Assembly (NCBI GenBank): GCA_043754535.1
Contig: JAYUUN010000001.1
Coordinates: forward strand, 461 to 64,460
DNA from: Chloroflexota bacterium
GTDB taxonomy: Bacteria; Chloroflexota; Chloroflexia; QHBQ01
Direction: 5' to 3'
Length of the DNA stretch: 64,000 nt
This document shows, in pieces, positions 7,793 through 16,466 of this stretch. The translations under genes and the position numbers were made by a program. Each line of letters opens with the position of its first letter. The stretch's first letter is position 1. The notes under the pieces were generated by a model, which saw only the letters and a program-made list of their open reading frames with translations, did no database searches and was not told the DNA's origin.

Positions 7793-10291
7793 TTGACTGA
7801 AATCACTAAGATTGTGGGCCTCAACCCTGCCCAGCAGGCTGCTGTCGAAGTTGGCGACGGCCCAGTGCTGATCCTCGCTGGCCCTGGCAGCGGCAAAACC
7901 CGCGTTCTCACTCAGCGCATCGCCTACCTGATCGGCGAGCGCGCTGTTGATCCATACAATATCATGGCTGTCACCTTTACTAACAAGGCGGCGAAGGAGA
8001 TGAAGGAGCGGTTGGAGCGGCTGATCGGCGACCAGGTGCGCCAGCTTACAGTTGGCACCTTCCATAGCATCTGCGTCCGCATCCTGCGCCGCGAAGCCGC
8101 CCAGCTTGGCTTCGACAACGAGTTCGCGATCTACGACGACGATGATCAGATCGGCGCGGTCAAGTCGGCCCTCAAAGCCCTGAACATGGATGACAAGCAG
8201 CACACCCCGCGCAGCTTCCTCAGTGTGATCAGCAAGGCCAAGAGCGAACTGGTCAGCCCATCCGCCTACGCCGAGGCTGTTGGCACCTACTGGGAGGAAC
8301 TGGCCGCCCGCGTCTACAAGAAGTACAACGAGACCTTGCGCGTCAACCACGCCTTCGACTTTGACGACCTGATCTACGTCACCGTGCAACTGTTCGAGCA
8401 GAAGCCTGCCGTGCTAGAACGCTATCAGCAACGCTACAGGCACCTGTTGGTAGATGAATATCAGGATACCAACCACGCGCAGTACGTCTTCGCCAAGCAG
8501 CTTGCCGACAAGTACCGCAACATCCTTGTCGTCGGCGACAGCGACCAGGCGATCTACTCCTGGCGGTCAGCAGACATCCGCAACATCCTCAACTTCGAGC
8601 AAGATTACCCGGAGGCGAAGGTGGTGATGCTAGAGCAGAACTATCGCTCCTCCTCCAACATCGTCGAGGTGGCCCAGCACGTAATCCAGCAGAACAGCCA
8701 GCGCAAAGAGAAGCAACTGTGGACTGAGAACGATGCTGGCAGCCAGATCAGCGTCTACGAGGCATTCAACGAGGAGGATGAGGCCCGCTACGTGGTCTCC
8801 GAAATCCAAAGGTTGGTGGCAGCCCGCAAAGTCCGCAACCGCGACTGCGCCGTGATGTATCGTACCAACAGCCAGTCCCGCGCCCTGGAAGAAGCCTTCG
8901 TACGCTACAACGTGGCTTACCAATTGGTTGGCGGCATCCGCTTCTACGAGCGGCGTGAGGTGAAGGACGTACTTGCCTTCCTACGGCTGCTGGGTAATCC
9001 CTTCGACGGCATCAGCCTGGCTCGCGTGGTTAGCAATACCCCCTTCGGTAAGGGCATTGGGCAGCGCACCTGGGGTGAGCTTGACCGTTGGGCAGGCGAG
9101 ATTGGCTTGCCAGTCTACTCTGCCCTGCAACTGCTGGCCGAGCGTGACGACCTGCCACCAGAACATGAGGCGGCAGCGGGCCAGTTGCCGCTGGAAGAAG
9201 GTTCGCGGATGCGCCGTGACGAGATTGAGCGGCTGACTGGCAGCCTGGCCTTGCCAGTGCGCAGCCTGCGACCGCTACTCGACCTCTACCGCATCCTTAA
9301 CGACTTCATTCGCGCGAAGGACGAACTGCCGCTGCAACGCTTGGTTTCGATGGTTTTGGATCGCGGCAACTTCGCCGAAGCCCTGCGCGACGGCACCGAG
9401 GAAGGAGCCGACCGCTGGCGCAATGTGGAGGAACTGCTGACCGTCGCCCAGGGCTACCACCACCTTGAGCCAGCCGAGGGCTTGCGTACCTTCCTCGAAG
9501 ATGTAGCCTTGATCAGCGATATTGACAAGCTGCAAGAGGAGAAAGACGCGGTGACGCTAATTACCCTGCACGCCGCGAAGGGTCTGGAGTACAAGACCGT
9601 CTTCCTCGTCGGGCTGGAGGAGGGCATCCTGCCGCACTCGCGCTCCTTGGAAGACAACAACCAGCTTGAGGAGGAACGCCGCCTGACCTACGTTGGCATT
9701 ACGCGGGCGATGGAGTACCTCTACCTGCTCTACACCTTCAAGCGTACCATCTTCGGCAACACCAAGACCAGCACGCCATCGCGCTTCCTGCTCGACATCC
9801 CCACCCACCTGCTGAAGGGCAGCCTCACCTTCCGCCGCGACCAGCAGGCCGAGGATGAGTACCTGGACGGCGACCACCCAGACATTGACATCCCCACCAG
9901 CGGGCAGGTGATCGGTGGCAGTGGGCGGAGCAGCAGTGCGTACTCAGCCCGGCCTGGCGTGTCGCGCATCGCGGGGGCGGGTGGGCCGAACAAGGCGGGC
10001 GGTACCCATAGCCGTACCAACGGCAACTTCCGCACCGAGACTGGTCGCTCGACCTACCAGCAGAGCAAGAGCCAGCCGCCCGCCACGCCTGGTAGTAGCC
10101 GCAGCAGCCTGACCCCCGGCCCTGGCAGCCAGCAGTTCAAGACGGGCGACAAGGTGCGCCATAGCATCTTTGGCGAGGGCATGGTTGTCAGCAGCAAGTT
10201 GGTCAGCAGCGACGAGGAAGTGACGGTCGCCTTCCCTGGCAACGGGGTGAAGCGGCTGTTGCAGAGCATTGCCAAGTTGGAGAAGGTTTAG
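7793..10291 (+). CDS. pcrA: ATP-dependent DNA helicase PcrA/UvrD family
   Basis: GPGSGKT Walker A, VDEYQDTN, EQNYRSS, VMYRTNSQSR, TLHAAKGLEY, C-terminal FKTGDKVRHSIFGEGMVV Tudor-like tail. TTG start with Shine-Dalgarno (SD) sequence. Confidence 0.9.
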   Translation: MTEITKIVGLNPAQQAAVEVGDGPVLILAGPGSGKTRVLTQRIAYLIGERAVDPYNIMAVTFTNKAAKEMKERLERLIGDQVRQLTVGTFHSICVRILRREAAQLGFDNEFAIYDDDDQIGAVKSALKALNMDDKQHTPRSFLSVISKAKSELVSPSAYAEAVGTYWEELAARVYKKYNETLRVNHAFDFDDLIYVTVQLFEQKPAVLERYQQRYRHLLVDEYQDTNHAQYVFAKQLADKYRNILVVGDSDQAIYSWRSADIRNILNFEQDYPEAKVVMLEQNYRSSSNIVEVAQHVIQQNSQRKEKQLWTENDAGSQISVYEAFNEEDEARYVVSEIQRLVAARKVRNRDCAVMYRTNSQSRALEEAFVRYNVAYQLVGGIRFYERREVKDVLAFLRLLGNPFDGISLARVVSNTPFGKGIGQRTWGELDRWAGEIGLPVYSALQLLAERDDLPPEHEAAAGQLPLEEGSRMRRDEIERLTGSLALPVRSLRPLLDLYRILNDFIRAKDELPLQRLVSMVLDRGNFAEALRDGTEEGADRWRNVEELLTVAQGYHHLEPAEGLRTFLEDVALISDIDKLQEEKDAVTLITLHAAKGLEYKTVFLVGLEEGILPHSRSLEDNNQLEEERRLTYVGITRAMEYLYLLYTFKRTIFGNTKTSTPSRFLLDIPTHLLKGSLTFRRDQQAEDEYLDGDHPDIDIPTSGQVIGGSGRSSSAYSARPGVSRIAGAGGPNKAGGTHSRTNGNFRTETGRSTYQQSKSQPPATPGSSRSSLTPGPGSQQFKTGDKVRHSIFGEGMVVSSKLVSSDEEVTVAFPGNGVKRLLQSIAKLEKV

Positions 10292-10383
10292 CCCGGCTCG
10301 CAATTGATCGGGCTGTGCTATAATGGCCGCGCAATTCGGCAGCCTCCCCTCAGCAGACGCAGAAAGGATCGTTAGCCCACCAT

Positions 10384-11871
10384 ATGGCAGACGCAATCAC
10401 CGGCGCACCAGCCGCCGACCAACCTCAGGTCTCCACCCCCGACTGGGTGAAGGACGCTGTTTTCTACCAGATTTTCCCCGACCGCTTTGCCAAGAGCGAC
10501 CAGATCGGCCACCCTAATATCCTTGAGCCGTGGGATAGCGAACCGACCGTCCTCGGCTACAAGGGCGGCGACCTGCGTGGCGTGCAGGAGAAGCTCGACT
10601 ACCTGCTCGACCTCGGCATCAACGCTATCTACTTCAACCCGATCTTCCAGTCCGCCAGCAACCACCGTTACCACACCCATGACTACTACCAGATCGACCC
10701 GGTGCTAGGCGATAATGCGATATTCAAGGAGATGCTCGACGCTTGTCACGCGAAGGGGATCAAGGTCGTCCTCGACGGCGTATTCAACCACGCTAGCCGC
10801 GGCTTCTACCAGTTCAACTCGATCCTCGAACTGGGTGAGGCTTCCCCCTACCGCGATTGGTTCACCGTCCACGGCTATCCCATGCGCGCTTACGAGAAGA
10901 ACCACCAGTATGCTGCCTGGTGGGGTTTGGCGGCTCTGCCCAAGTTCAACACCGATGTGCAGGCCGTGCGCGACTTCCTGCTGGGGGTGGGTCGCTACTG
11001 GATGGAGCAGGGCATTGACGGCTGGCGGCTTGACGTGCCGAACGAGATCAACGACGACGAGTTCTGGCGCGAGTTCCGCCGCATCGTCAAGGGGGTCAAC
11101 CCTGAAGGCTATATTACCGGCGAAATCTGGTTCGATGCCAGTCATTGGCTGCAAGGCGACCAGTACGACTCGGTAATGAACTACATCTTCACCAAGCACT
11201 GCCTCGGCTTCTTCAGCCAGAGCCTCAACCATGACCTGGTGAGCAGGATGTCGTACTCGCCGATCCGCAAGCTCAGTGCCAGCGGCTTCGCCAAGAACAT
11301 CAACGCGCTGCTGCACCTCTACCCTCGCGAAGTGACCCTTGCGCAACTCAACCTGCTAGACAGTCACGACACCCCCCGCTTCCTCAGCCAGGTCAACGAG
11401 GACGAGTCGGCCCTACGCCTCGCCACCCTCTACCAGATGTGCTATCCCGGTGCGCCAAGCGTCTACTATGGTGATGAGATCGGGATGCTGGGTGGCCGCG
11501 ACCCAGAGTGCCGCCGCTCCTTCCCCTGGGACGAGAGCAAGTGGAACAAGGGGTTGCGCGACTTCTTTAAGCAGACGATTGCCCTGCGTAAGGCGCACTC
11601 CGCCTTGCGACGCGGAGAGTACAGCACGCTCTATGCTGAAGGCAGCCTCTACGTCTTCGCCCGCCATGACGCGAACGAGACGGTAATCGTAGCCCTCAAC
11701 ATCGGCACTGCTCCCCTCAACCTCAGTATCGGCCTGCAAGGGTTGGTGCCGAACGGCGCAACTGTCAGGGCGATCTTTGGCGGCGAAGGCAGGGCGCAGG
11801 CGGCGGGCGGTCGTCTGCGCGGCCTGACCGTCGAACCACGCAGCGGTCTAGTGCTGCAAGTAGAGAAGTAG
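10384..11871 (+). CDS. GH13 alpha-amylase family enzyme (neopullulanase/cyclomaltodextrinase-like), cytoplasmic
   Basis: DWVKDAVFYQIFPDRFA, GINAIYFNPIF, DGVFNHAS, GWRLDVPNE, GEIW, LLDSHDTPR (GH13 regions I-IV). No signal peptide. TGCTATAAT at 10316-10324. Confidence 0.85.
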   Translation: MADAITGAPAADQPQVSTPDWVKDAVFYQIFPDRFAKSDQIGHPNILEPWDSEPTVLGYKGGDLRGVQEKLDYLLDLGINAIYFNPIFQSASNHRYHTHDYYQIDPVLGDNAIFKEMLDACHAKGIKVVLDGVFNHASRGFYQFNSILELGEASPYRDWFTVHGYPMRAYEKNHQYAAWWGLAALPKFNTDVQAVRDFLLGVGRYWMEQGIDGWRLDVPNEINDDEFWREFRRIVKGVNPEGYITGEIWFDASHWLQGDQYDSVMNYIFTKHCLGFFSQSLNHDLVSRMSYSPIRKLSASGFAKNINALLHLYPREVTLAQLNLLDSHDTPRFLSQVNEDESALRLATLYQMCYPGAPSVYYGDEIGMLGGRDPECRRSFPWDESKWNKGLRDFFKQTIALRKAHSALRRGEYSTLYAEGSLYVFARHDANETVIVALNIGTAPLNLSIGLQGLVPNGATVRAIFGGEGRAQAAGGRLRGLTVEPRSGLVLQVEK

Positions 11872-11938
11872 CCAAGAGGAGATGGGCGGGGCCGTTGTAC
11901 TGGCTGCCGCCCCCACTACTTGATAACAAGGGGGATTT

Positions 11939-12328
11939 ATGGCTGAAGATGAGGAGATTTGGGCGGCCTTGCATCGCCACCTGCGGAGCATCTTTGAGGG
12001 TGACACTGATACCTACAGTGCAACCACCGCCAGCGACCTTTCGCTCTACGAGTGGTTCGTCACCCCTCACCGCCAGGACGGGCTGGACTTCCACCTGTTC
12101 ATGCTAACCCACAAGGCTCTGAACCAGAGTGCGGATTACCGCTATGACCTGCTAGAGCCACGTCTGCAACGCTATGGCGATACTGCTATCGTCTGCTACA
12201 CCTTCATGCGAAGCTGGGCCGAGGGGGGTGGTGTTCATCACCACAGCCACAACGAGAGTCGCGTACTGGTCAAGCAAGCGGATGGCTGGCGGGTCGTCCA
12301 CGTCCACAAATCCCCAGCAGAGTCATAG
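11939..12328 (+). CDS. NTF2-like / SnoaL-DUF4440-like small protein
   Basis: 129 aa. Pattern (IWAALHRHLRSIFEGDTDTYSATTASDLSLYEW ... ADGWRVVHVH) resembles the NTF2-fold family. AAGGGGGA before ATG. Confidence 0.45.
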   Translation: MAEDEEIWAALHRHLRSIFEGDTDTYSATTASDLSLYEWFVTPHRQDGLDFHLFMLTHKALNQSADYRYDLLEPRLQRYGDTAIVCYTFMRSWAEGGGVHHHSHNESRVLVKQADGWRVVHVHKSPAES

Positions 12329-12356
12329 TCGCTGCTGACAGGTTTGGGGTGGCACT

Positions 12357-14513
12357 TCAGCGAATACCCGTCATCTCTCGGCCCAACAAGCCGAGATTGA
12401 TGCTGGCACACTCGTTTGCGCCGTCGGCTACGCACTCCATGCGAGCGCGCTCGAACCACTGCACCCGCGTCACGGTACCAGGGGTGATCACCGCCATTAT
12501 CTGCTCGCTGATCGGATAGCCGAAGCTAGTGAGGCCGCCGCCCGCCTTCCAGTAGCTGAAGAAGGTGCCGCTCAGGGTGTGGTCGGTCACGTCGAAGTAG
12601 CGGCTGGCGGCGGTGCTGTTGCGTTGGTCGCTGGCAGGGGCAATAAACACCTTACCCTGGGTCGCCTCCCTACCGATCCTACCGAGGGTAATTTCGCCCG
12701 GCTGCCCAGCCAGGGCGGGGTGGTATTCTAGCCGCGCCCGCTCGAACCACTGTACCCGCACCGCCTGCCCCTCGCTGCTCGCGTCTTGCGCTTCGGTGAT
12801 CGGGAAGCCAAACAAGCCCTCGGCCCCATGCGTCTCCCAGTACTTGCGGAATGGACCGCTCAGGCTCACCCCCGTCTGGGCGAAGAAGATCGCGCTGGGG
12901 TCGCCAGCCTGCCGCAAATCGAATAGGGCAAAGAGGCGGTCGGCCCGCACTAGCTTGAAGCTGGTGATCAGGTTCTTGAAGAAGTCTGCTGGCAGGCGCG
13001 GGTCGCCTACGTTGGTCACCAGGAAGCTAGCCCGCCCGCCGCTCACCTGCTGGATCGTCTGTGGGGCAAAGTTCGCCAGGCTAGCACTGGGTATTACCCA
13101 GCCGCGGCGGTCGGCATAGTAGAAAATCTGGCGGTAGTTCGCACTGGTCACTACGATGCGCTCGTTAGCCGTTGCGGTTGCCCGCACTTGGGCTGCAACC
13201 TCTAGCAGTGGGGCATTGGCCGCGTAGTCATAGAGCGGCTTGATCTGGGCATAGCTGACAGGGGCGATCAGTAGGTAGATCGCCAGCACCGCCACGGCCA
13301 GGGCGGGCGATACCTGCCCCGGCGCGAACTGTGCTTCGTCGCGGTCGCTAGCCAGGTAGTCAAGCAGCAGTTGCAGCCAGGCGGCCAGTTGCGCGGCTCC
13401 CATGCCGACCACCGCCGCTGCTGGGGGCGCGAACAGCAGTAGCCGTTCACCGTTCAGGGCTAGATCACCGAGCAGCAGGTAGAGCAGGTCTGCGGCCAGC
13501 CAGACGTGGAAGAACCAGCGGTAGGGGCGGCGGGCGTGCCGTACCAGCCCTACCACCAGCAGGAACAGCCCTGGTAGGGTTAGCACCCCGCTCAAGGTTG
13601 CGCCAAGCACGCCTGGCAATGCAGCAGGGTCGAGGTTGATCGCTGTCCCCCCACCGCCACTGTACCACCGCCAGCCGAGCAGGCCAACGATGGCAAGGTA
13701 GGCGGCAAGGGTCAGGCCGTAGCTGCGCCGCTGGCGGTCGCCCAGTTCGCGTAGCCGCATGGCAGCCAGATAGCCGAGGGGAAAGATCAGCAGCAGATAG
13801 CCAGCGTCGGCCAGCACTGCGAGTGCGGCGCAGAGAGTGGCGAGGCCAGCGAAGAAGGAGCGGGCGCGCAGGCTGGCGGAGCCGTCGGCAGCATCGGCCC
13901 AGCGCAGGAAGAAGTGAATAGCAGCCAGCGCGAGGGCCATGTTCGTGGCCGAAGGCAGGAAGCTGCGCCCAAGATAGACGGCCAGTGGTGAGATAGAGAG
14001 AAACAGCGCGGCGTAGAGACCAGTTAGCGACCCACTCAAGCGGTTGGCGATGCGGTAGAGGAGCAGGACGGCGCAAATGCTGGCAACCACGCTGACGGTG
14101 CGGCCTAGCCACTCGTTCACCTGCAAGGGGCCGTAGAGCAGGGCAACCAACCAGTGGTAGAGTGGTAGGCCGCTAATGATGGGCTGATCGCTCCAATCTA
14201 CTACTGGCTGAAAGAGATTGAAGCCTGCCCGGTAGCTGTTGCGGGCTATGCTGGCAGCGGTGGCCTGCGCTGCCGAACCAGAGTCGAGCAGCGGCGCATT
14301 GAGGGCAATCAGGCGCACAACGGCGGCCAGCACAAGGATTACTAGCAGGTAGGGGCGGGCATCAAAGGCAGCCAGCATTGGCGGCACGCCCAATTGTGGC
14401 TTGAGGGGGCTAAGGGGGTTGGCGTAATTAGTAGCTGACCGTCGCTGCATTGCTGCCTCGTCCATGCTGATTATGTCTAGTGACATTATAGCGGATTCGG
14501 CTGGCAGCGGCAA
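12357..14513 (-). CDS. GT-C fold (GT39/ArnT-PMT-like) membrane glycosyltransferase with two C-terminal FGYP/QWFERAR repeats
   Basis: About 12 hydrophobic segments over ~430 aa, an extracytoplasmic middle region, then repeats HGAEGLFGFPITE..VQWFERARLEYHP and GGGLTSFGYPISE..VQWFERARMEC. The longest ORF starts at TTG 14513. The internal promoter suggests the real start is ATG 14465 or later. Confidence 0.6.
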   Translation of the reverse strand: MPLPAESAIMSLDIISMDEAAMQRRSATNYANPLSPLKPQLGVPPMLAAFDARPYLLVILVLAAVVRLIALNAPLLDSGSAAQATAASIARNSYRAGFNLFQPVVDWSDQPIISGLPLYHWLVALLYGPLQVNEWLGRTVSVVASICAVLLLYRIANRLSGSLTGLYAALFLSISPLAVYLGRSFLPSATNMALALAAIHFFLRWADAADGSASLRARSFFAGLATLCAALAVLADAGYLLLIFPLGYLAAMRLRELGDRQRRSYGLTLAAYLAIVGLLGWRWYSGGGGTAINLDPAALPGVLGATLSGVLTLPGLFLLVVGLVRHARRPYRWFFHVWLAADLLYLLLGDLALNGERLLLFAPPAAAVVGMGAAQLAAWLQLLLDYLASDRDEAQFAPGQVSPALAVAVLAIYLLIAPVSYAQIKPLYDYAANAPLLEVAAQVRATATANERIVVTSANYRQIFYYADRRGWVIPSASLANFAPQTIQQVSGGRASFLVTNVGDPRLPADFFKNLITSFKLVRADRLFALFDLRQAGDPSAIFFAQTGVSLSGPFRKYWETHGAEGLFGFPITEAQDASSEGQAVRVQWFERARLEYHPALAGQPGEITLGRIGREATQGKVFIAPASDQRNSTAASRYFDVTDHTLSGTFFSYWKAGGGLTSFGYPISEQIMAVITPGTVTRVQWFERARMECVADGANECASINLGLLGREMTGIR
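14485..14513 (-). promoter_or_regulatory. sigma70-type promoter candidate TTGCCG-17-TATAAT
   Basis: Minus strand TTGCCG (14513-14508), 17-nt spacer, TATAAT (14490-14485). It lies between the flp stop and the first ATGs of the GT-C ORF. Confidence 0.45.
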
Positions 14514-14551
14514 GATCGCTGTGGACTTTGATCAGCTTGCCCGAACTGGCT

Positions 14552-14728
14552 TCAGCTATTTAGGCCATTGGCGGCGTTGCTGAAGGCATTCTGCACCTTG
14601 CTGCCCACCAGCGCAACTGCGGCCATCGCCACCAGCGCGACCAGGGTGAGGATCAGGGCGTACTCCACCAACCCTTGCCCCTTGTGGCGTAGTTGCTTCA
14701 TCGCTCGCTGCTTGTTTGTCTGCTTCAT
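14552..14728 (-). CDS. flp: Flp/Fap family type IVb pilin precursor
   Basis: MKQTNKQRAMKQLRHKGQGLVEYALILTLVALVAMAAVALVG...: basic leader, Gly, then xxxxEY and a hydrophobic helix, which is the Flp motif. AAGGAG 6 nt before ATG 14728; the longest ORF starts at 14755. Confidence 0.75.
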   Translation of the reverse strand: MKQTNKQRAMKQLRHKGQGLVEYALILTLVALVAMAAVALVGSKVQNAFSNAANGLNS

Positions 14729-14845
14729 CTTAGACTCCTTTTGCGCACCAAACACGGGCCAATTGCAGCCCTCAACTTATTATACCGTCCATCCACCCTC
14801 TTGGGCAATGGGAAAAAGGTACCGACTCGTCCCCTTGGTCGCTGA

Positions 14846-15088
14846 GGTCTGGCCCTACCAGTTGGCTGGCTAGCCGCAGGGCGGGTGGTTGTGTGCGCTG
14901 GTGCGGCTAGTGCAGTGGTAGCAACAGCCTTGCAGACCGCTATTGCTCGTGGCTACCGCTACGCAATCCTGCAATCGTCGGATATGGGTGTCCATGTTTA
15001 TGAGCGGCTCGGCTTCCGCACGGTTGGCACACTGGTTGTCTACAGCAGTAGCGCAGAGATCACACCAGGGCCGCAGCTAGCTACATAG
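14846..15088 (+). pseudogene. GNAT acetyltransferase 3' remnant
   Basis: Only the C-terminal part of a GNAT fold is present (...AASAVVATALQTAIARGYRYAILQSSDMGVHVYERLGFRTVG). There is a stop at 14843-14845 and no room for the N-terminal half, since the flp gene occupies the other strand. No SD or ATG. Confidence 0.45.
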
Positions 15089-15120
15089 TTTCCACCTGCT
15101 TGCCGAACATGACGACTCTG

Positions 15121-16176
15121 CTACATGACGTTCTTAGCGCAAGGGGTAATGGTAGGGGCAGAGACAACTGTCAGATAGTTATTGAAGAACTTGTCCACCC
15201 GCTGGAGATATTCCTCTGGATAGAGCATCCCCGCCTCAACGTGGTGCGCGCCGTCTACCAGCCATTGCTCCTTCGGCCCAGCGTAGGAGTCGTACATCTG
15301 GATCGAGTCGGCGGAACGGATCACCTCGTCGGCCAGGCCGTGGATGAACATGATCGGGCGGGGGGCGATCTTGCTTACTATGTCTATCGGGCGAATCTTC
15401 TTGGCGTTGATGCCAGAGAACATCTCGGAGAAGCGCAGCAGCGGGGTAGCGACCAGGTTAGCTCCCATGCCGCTGTAGAAGCTGCGGAAGCCGTAGTAGA
15501 AGGTGTCGTGCAGACTGGCATAGGGGCTGTCGGCAACAACAGCGCGGATATCATCACACTCGGCGGCGGCGAACAGGGCGGTGGCTGCGCCCATGCTCAG
15601 GCCGATCACGCCGATGCGATGCGGGTCAACCCCCTTGCGCCGCTTGAGGTACTGCACTGCCGCGCACACATCCTGCCGCTCGTGGTAGCCGATGGAGCTA
15701 CCGCGCTTGCTGGCGGCACTGCGGCCATGATTGCGGAAGTCGAACAGCAGCACGCTGTGGCCGAGAGCTTGTAGGCGGGCGGCGACCTCCATCAACTCCT
15801 CCTGGCAGGCGGTGAAGCCGTGGCAGATGATGATCGCATCACCCTTCGTCCCCGCGAAGTAGCGACCAAAGAGGCGCAGGCTATCCCCGCTGCGAAAGCG
15901 CACGATGCGGGGTGGCTTCGTCCAGTTCTTGCGGGCGTTGCGGCGGCTGGTGGTGTGCAGATGATGGAACATACAGGTGGTAGGGTGGGTGAGGCGGTAG
16001 GCAGCGAGTGCAGAGAGGGCGGTGAATGCAGTGCCGCAGAGGGTGAACAAACCACCCAGGGCGATGCTGGCGGTCAGTAGCACGCGTGGCTGCTTCTGCA
16101 AGGCGACAGGAGTAACCGCAAGCGTGCGAGACAGCACAGGCTGCTGCTCGGTGGGTAGGGTCAGGGAAGTAGCCAT
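15121..16176 (-). CDS. membrane-anchored alpha/beta hydrolase (S9/dienelactone-hydrolase-like)
   Basis: IIICHGFTACQEE, GVIGLSMGAATA (GxSxG), FIHGLADE..., N-terminal TM segment. ATG 16176 has GAGGTG upstream. The ORF-track start 16422 adds 82 improbable Gly/Cys/Arg-rich codons. Confidence 0.75.
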   Translation of the reverse strand: MATSLTLPTEQQPVLSRTLAVTPVALQKQPRVLLTASIALGGLFTLCGTAFTALSALAAYRLTHPTTCMFHHLHTTSRRNARKNWTKPPRIVRFRSGDSLRLFGRYFAGTKGDAIIICHGFTACQEELMEVAARLQALGHSVLLFDFRNHGRSAASKRGSSIGYHERQDVCAAVQYLKRRKGVDPHRIGVIGLSMGAATALFAAAECDDIRAVVADSPYASLHDTFYYGFRSFYSGMGANLVATPLLRFSEMFSGINAKKIRPIDIVSKIAPRPIMFIHGLADEVIRSADSIQMYDSYAGPKEQWLVDGAHHVEAGMLYPEEYLQRVDKFFNNYLTVVSAPTITPCAKNVM

Positions 16177-16424
16177 CTTCAACACCTCAACTTCTTTGCC
16201 CAGCACGGCGGATCGGGTGACAGGTTCCCGCTCTAGCCCTGCAAATGTTATGCCATCCATGCCTCTGCCACACCCACCGCAATGCTGATCTTTGCCTCCT
16301 CCTTTTGGGCAGGTAGGTGGGCCGCTCCCTACCTGCCTCCGCCTCGCCAACCGCCCAGCGTGCAGCCCCCGCCCCCAGCACCCCCCAGCAACCGAACACA
16401 AATTGGCAACTACCCCCCACAATT

Positions 16425-16433
16425 TGGTATATT
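16425..16433 (+). promoter_or_regulatory. extended -10 promoter candidate (TGGTATATT) for mnmA
   Basis: TGGTATATT lies in the divergent intergenic region, 34 nt upstream of ATG 16467. Confidence 0.4.
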
Positions 16434-16466
16434 AACTTGTCTATGAGGCGTTTGTGGTTTTAGCAG

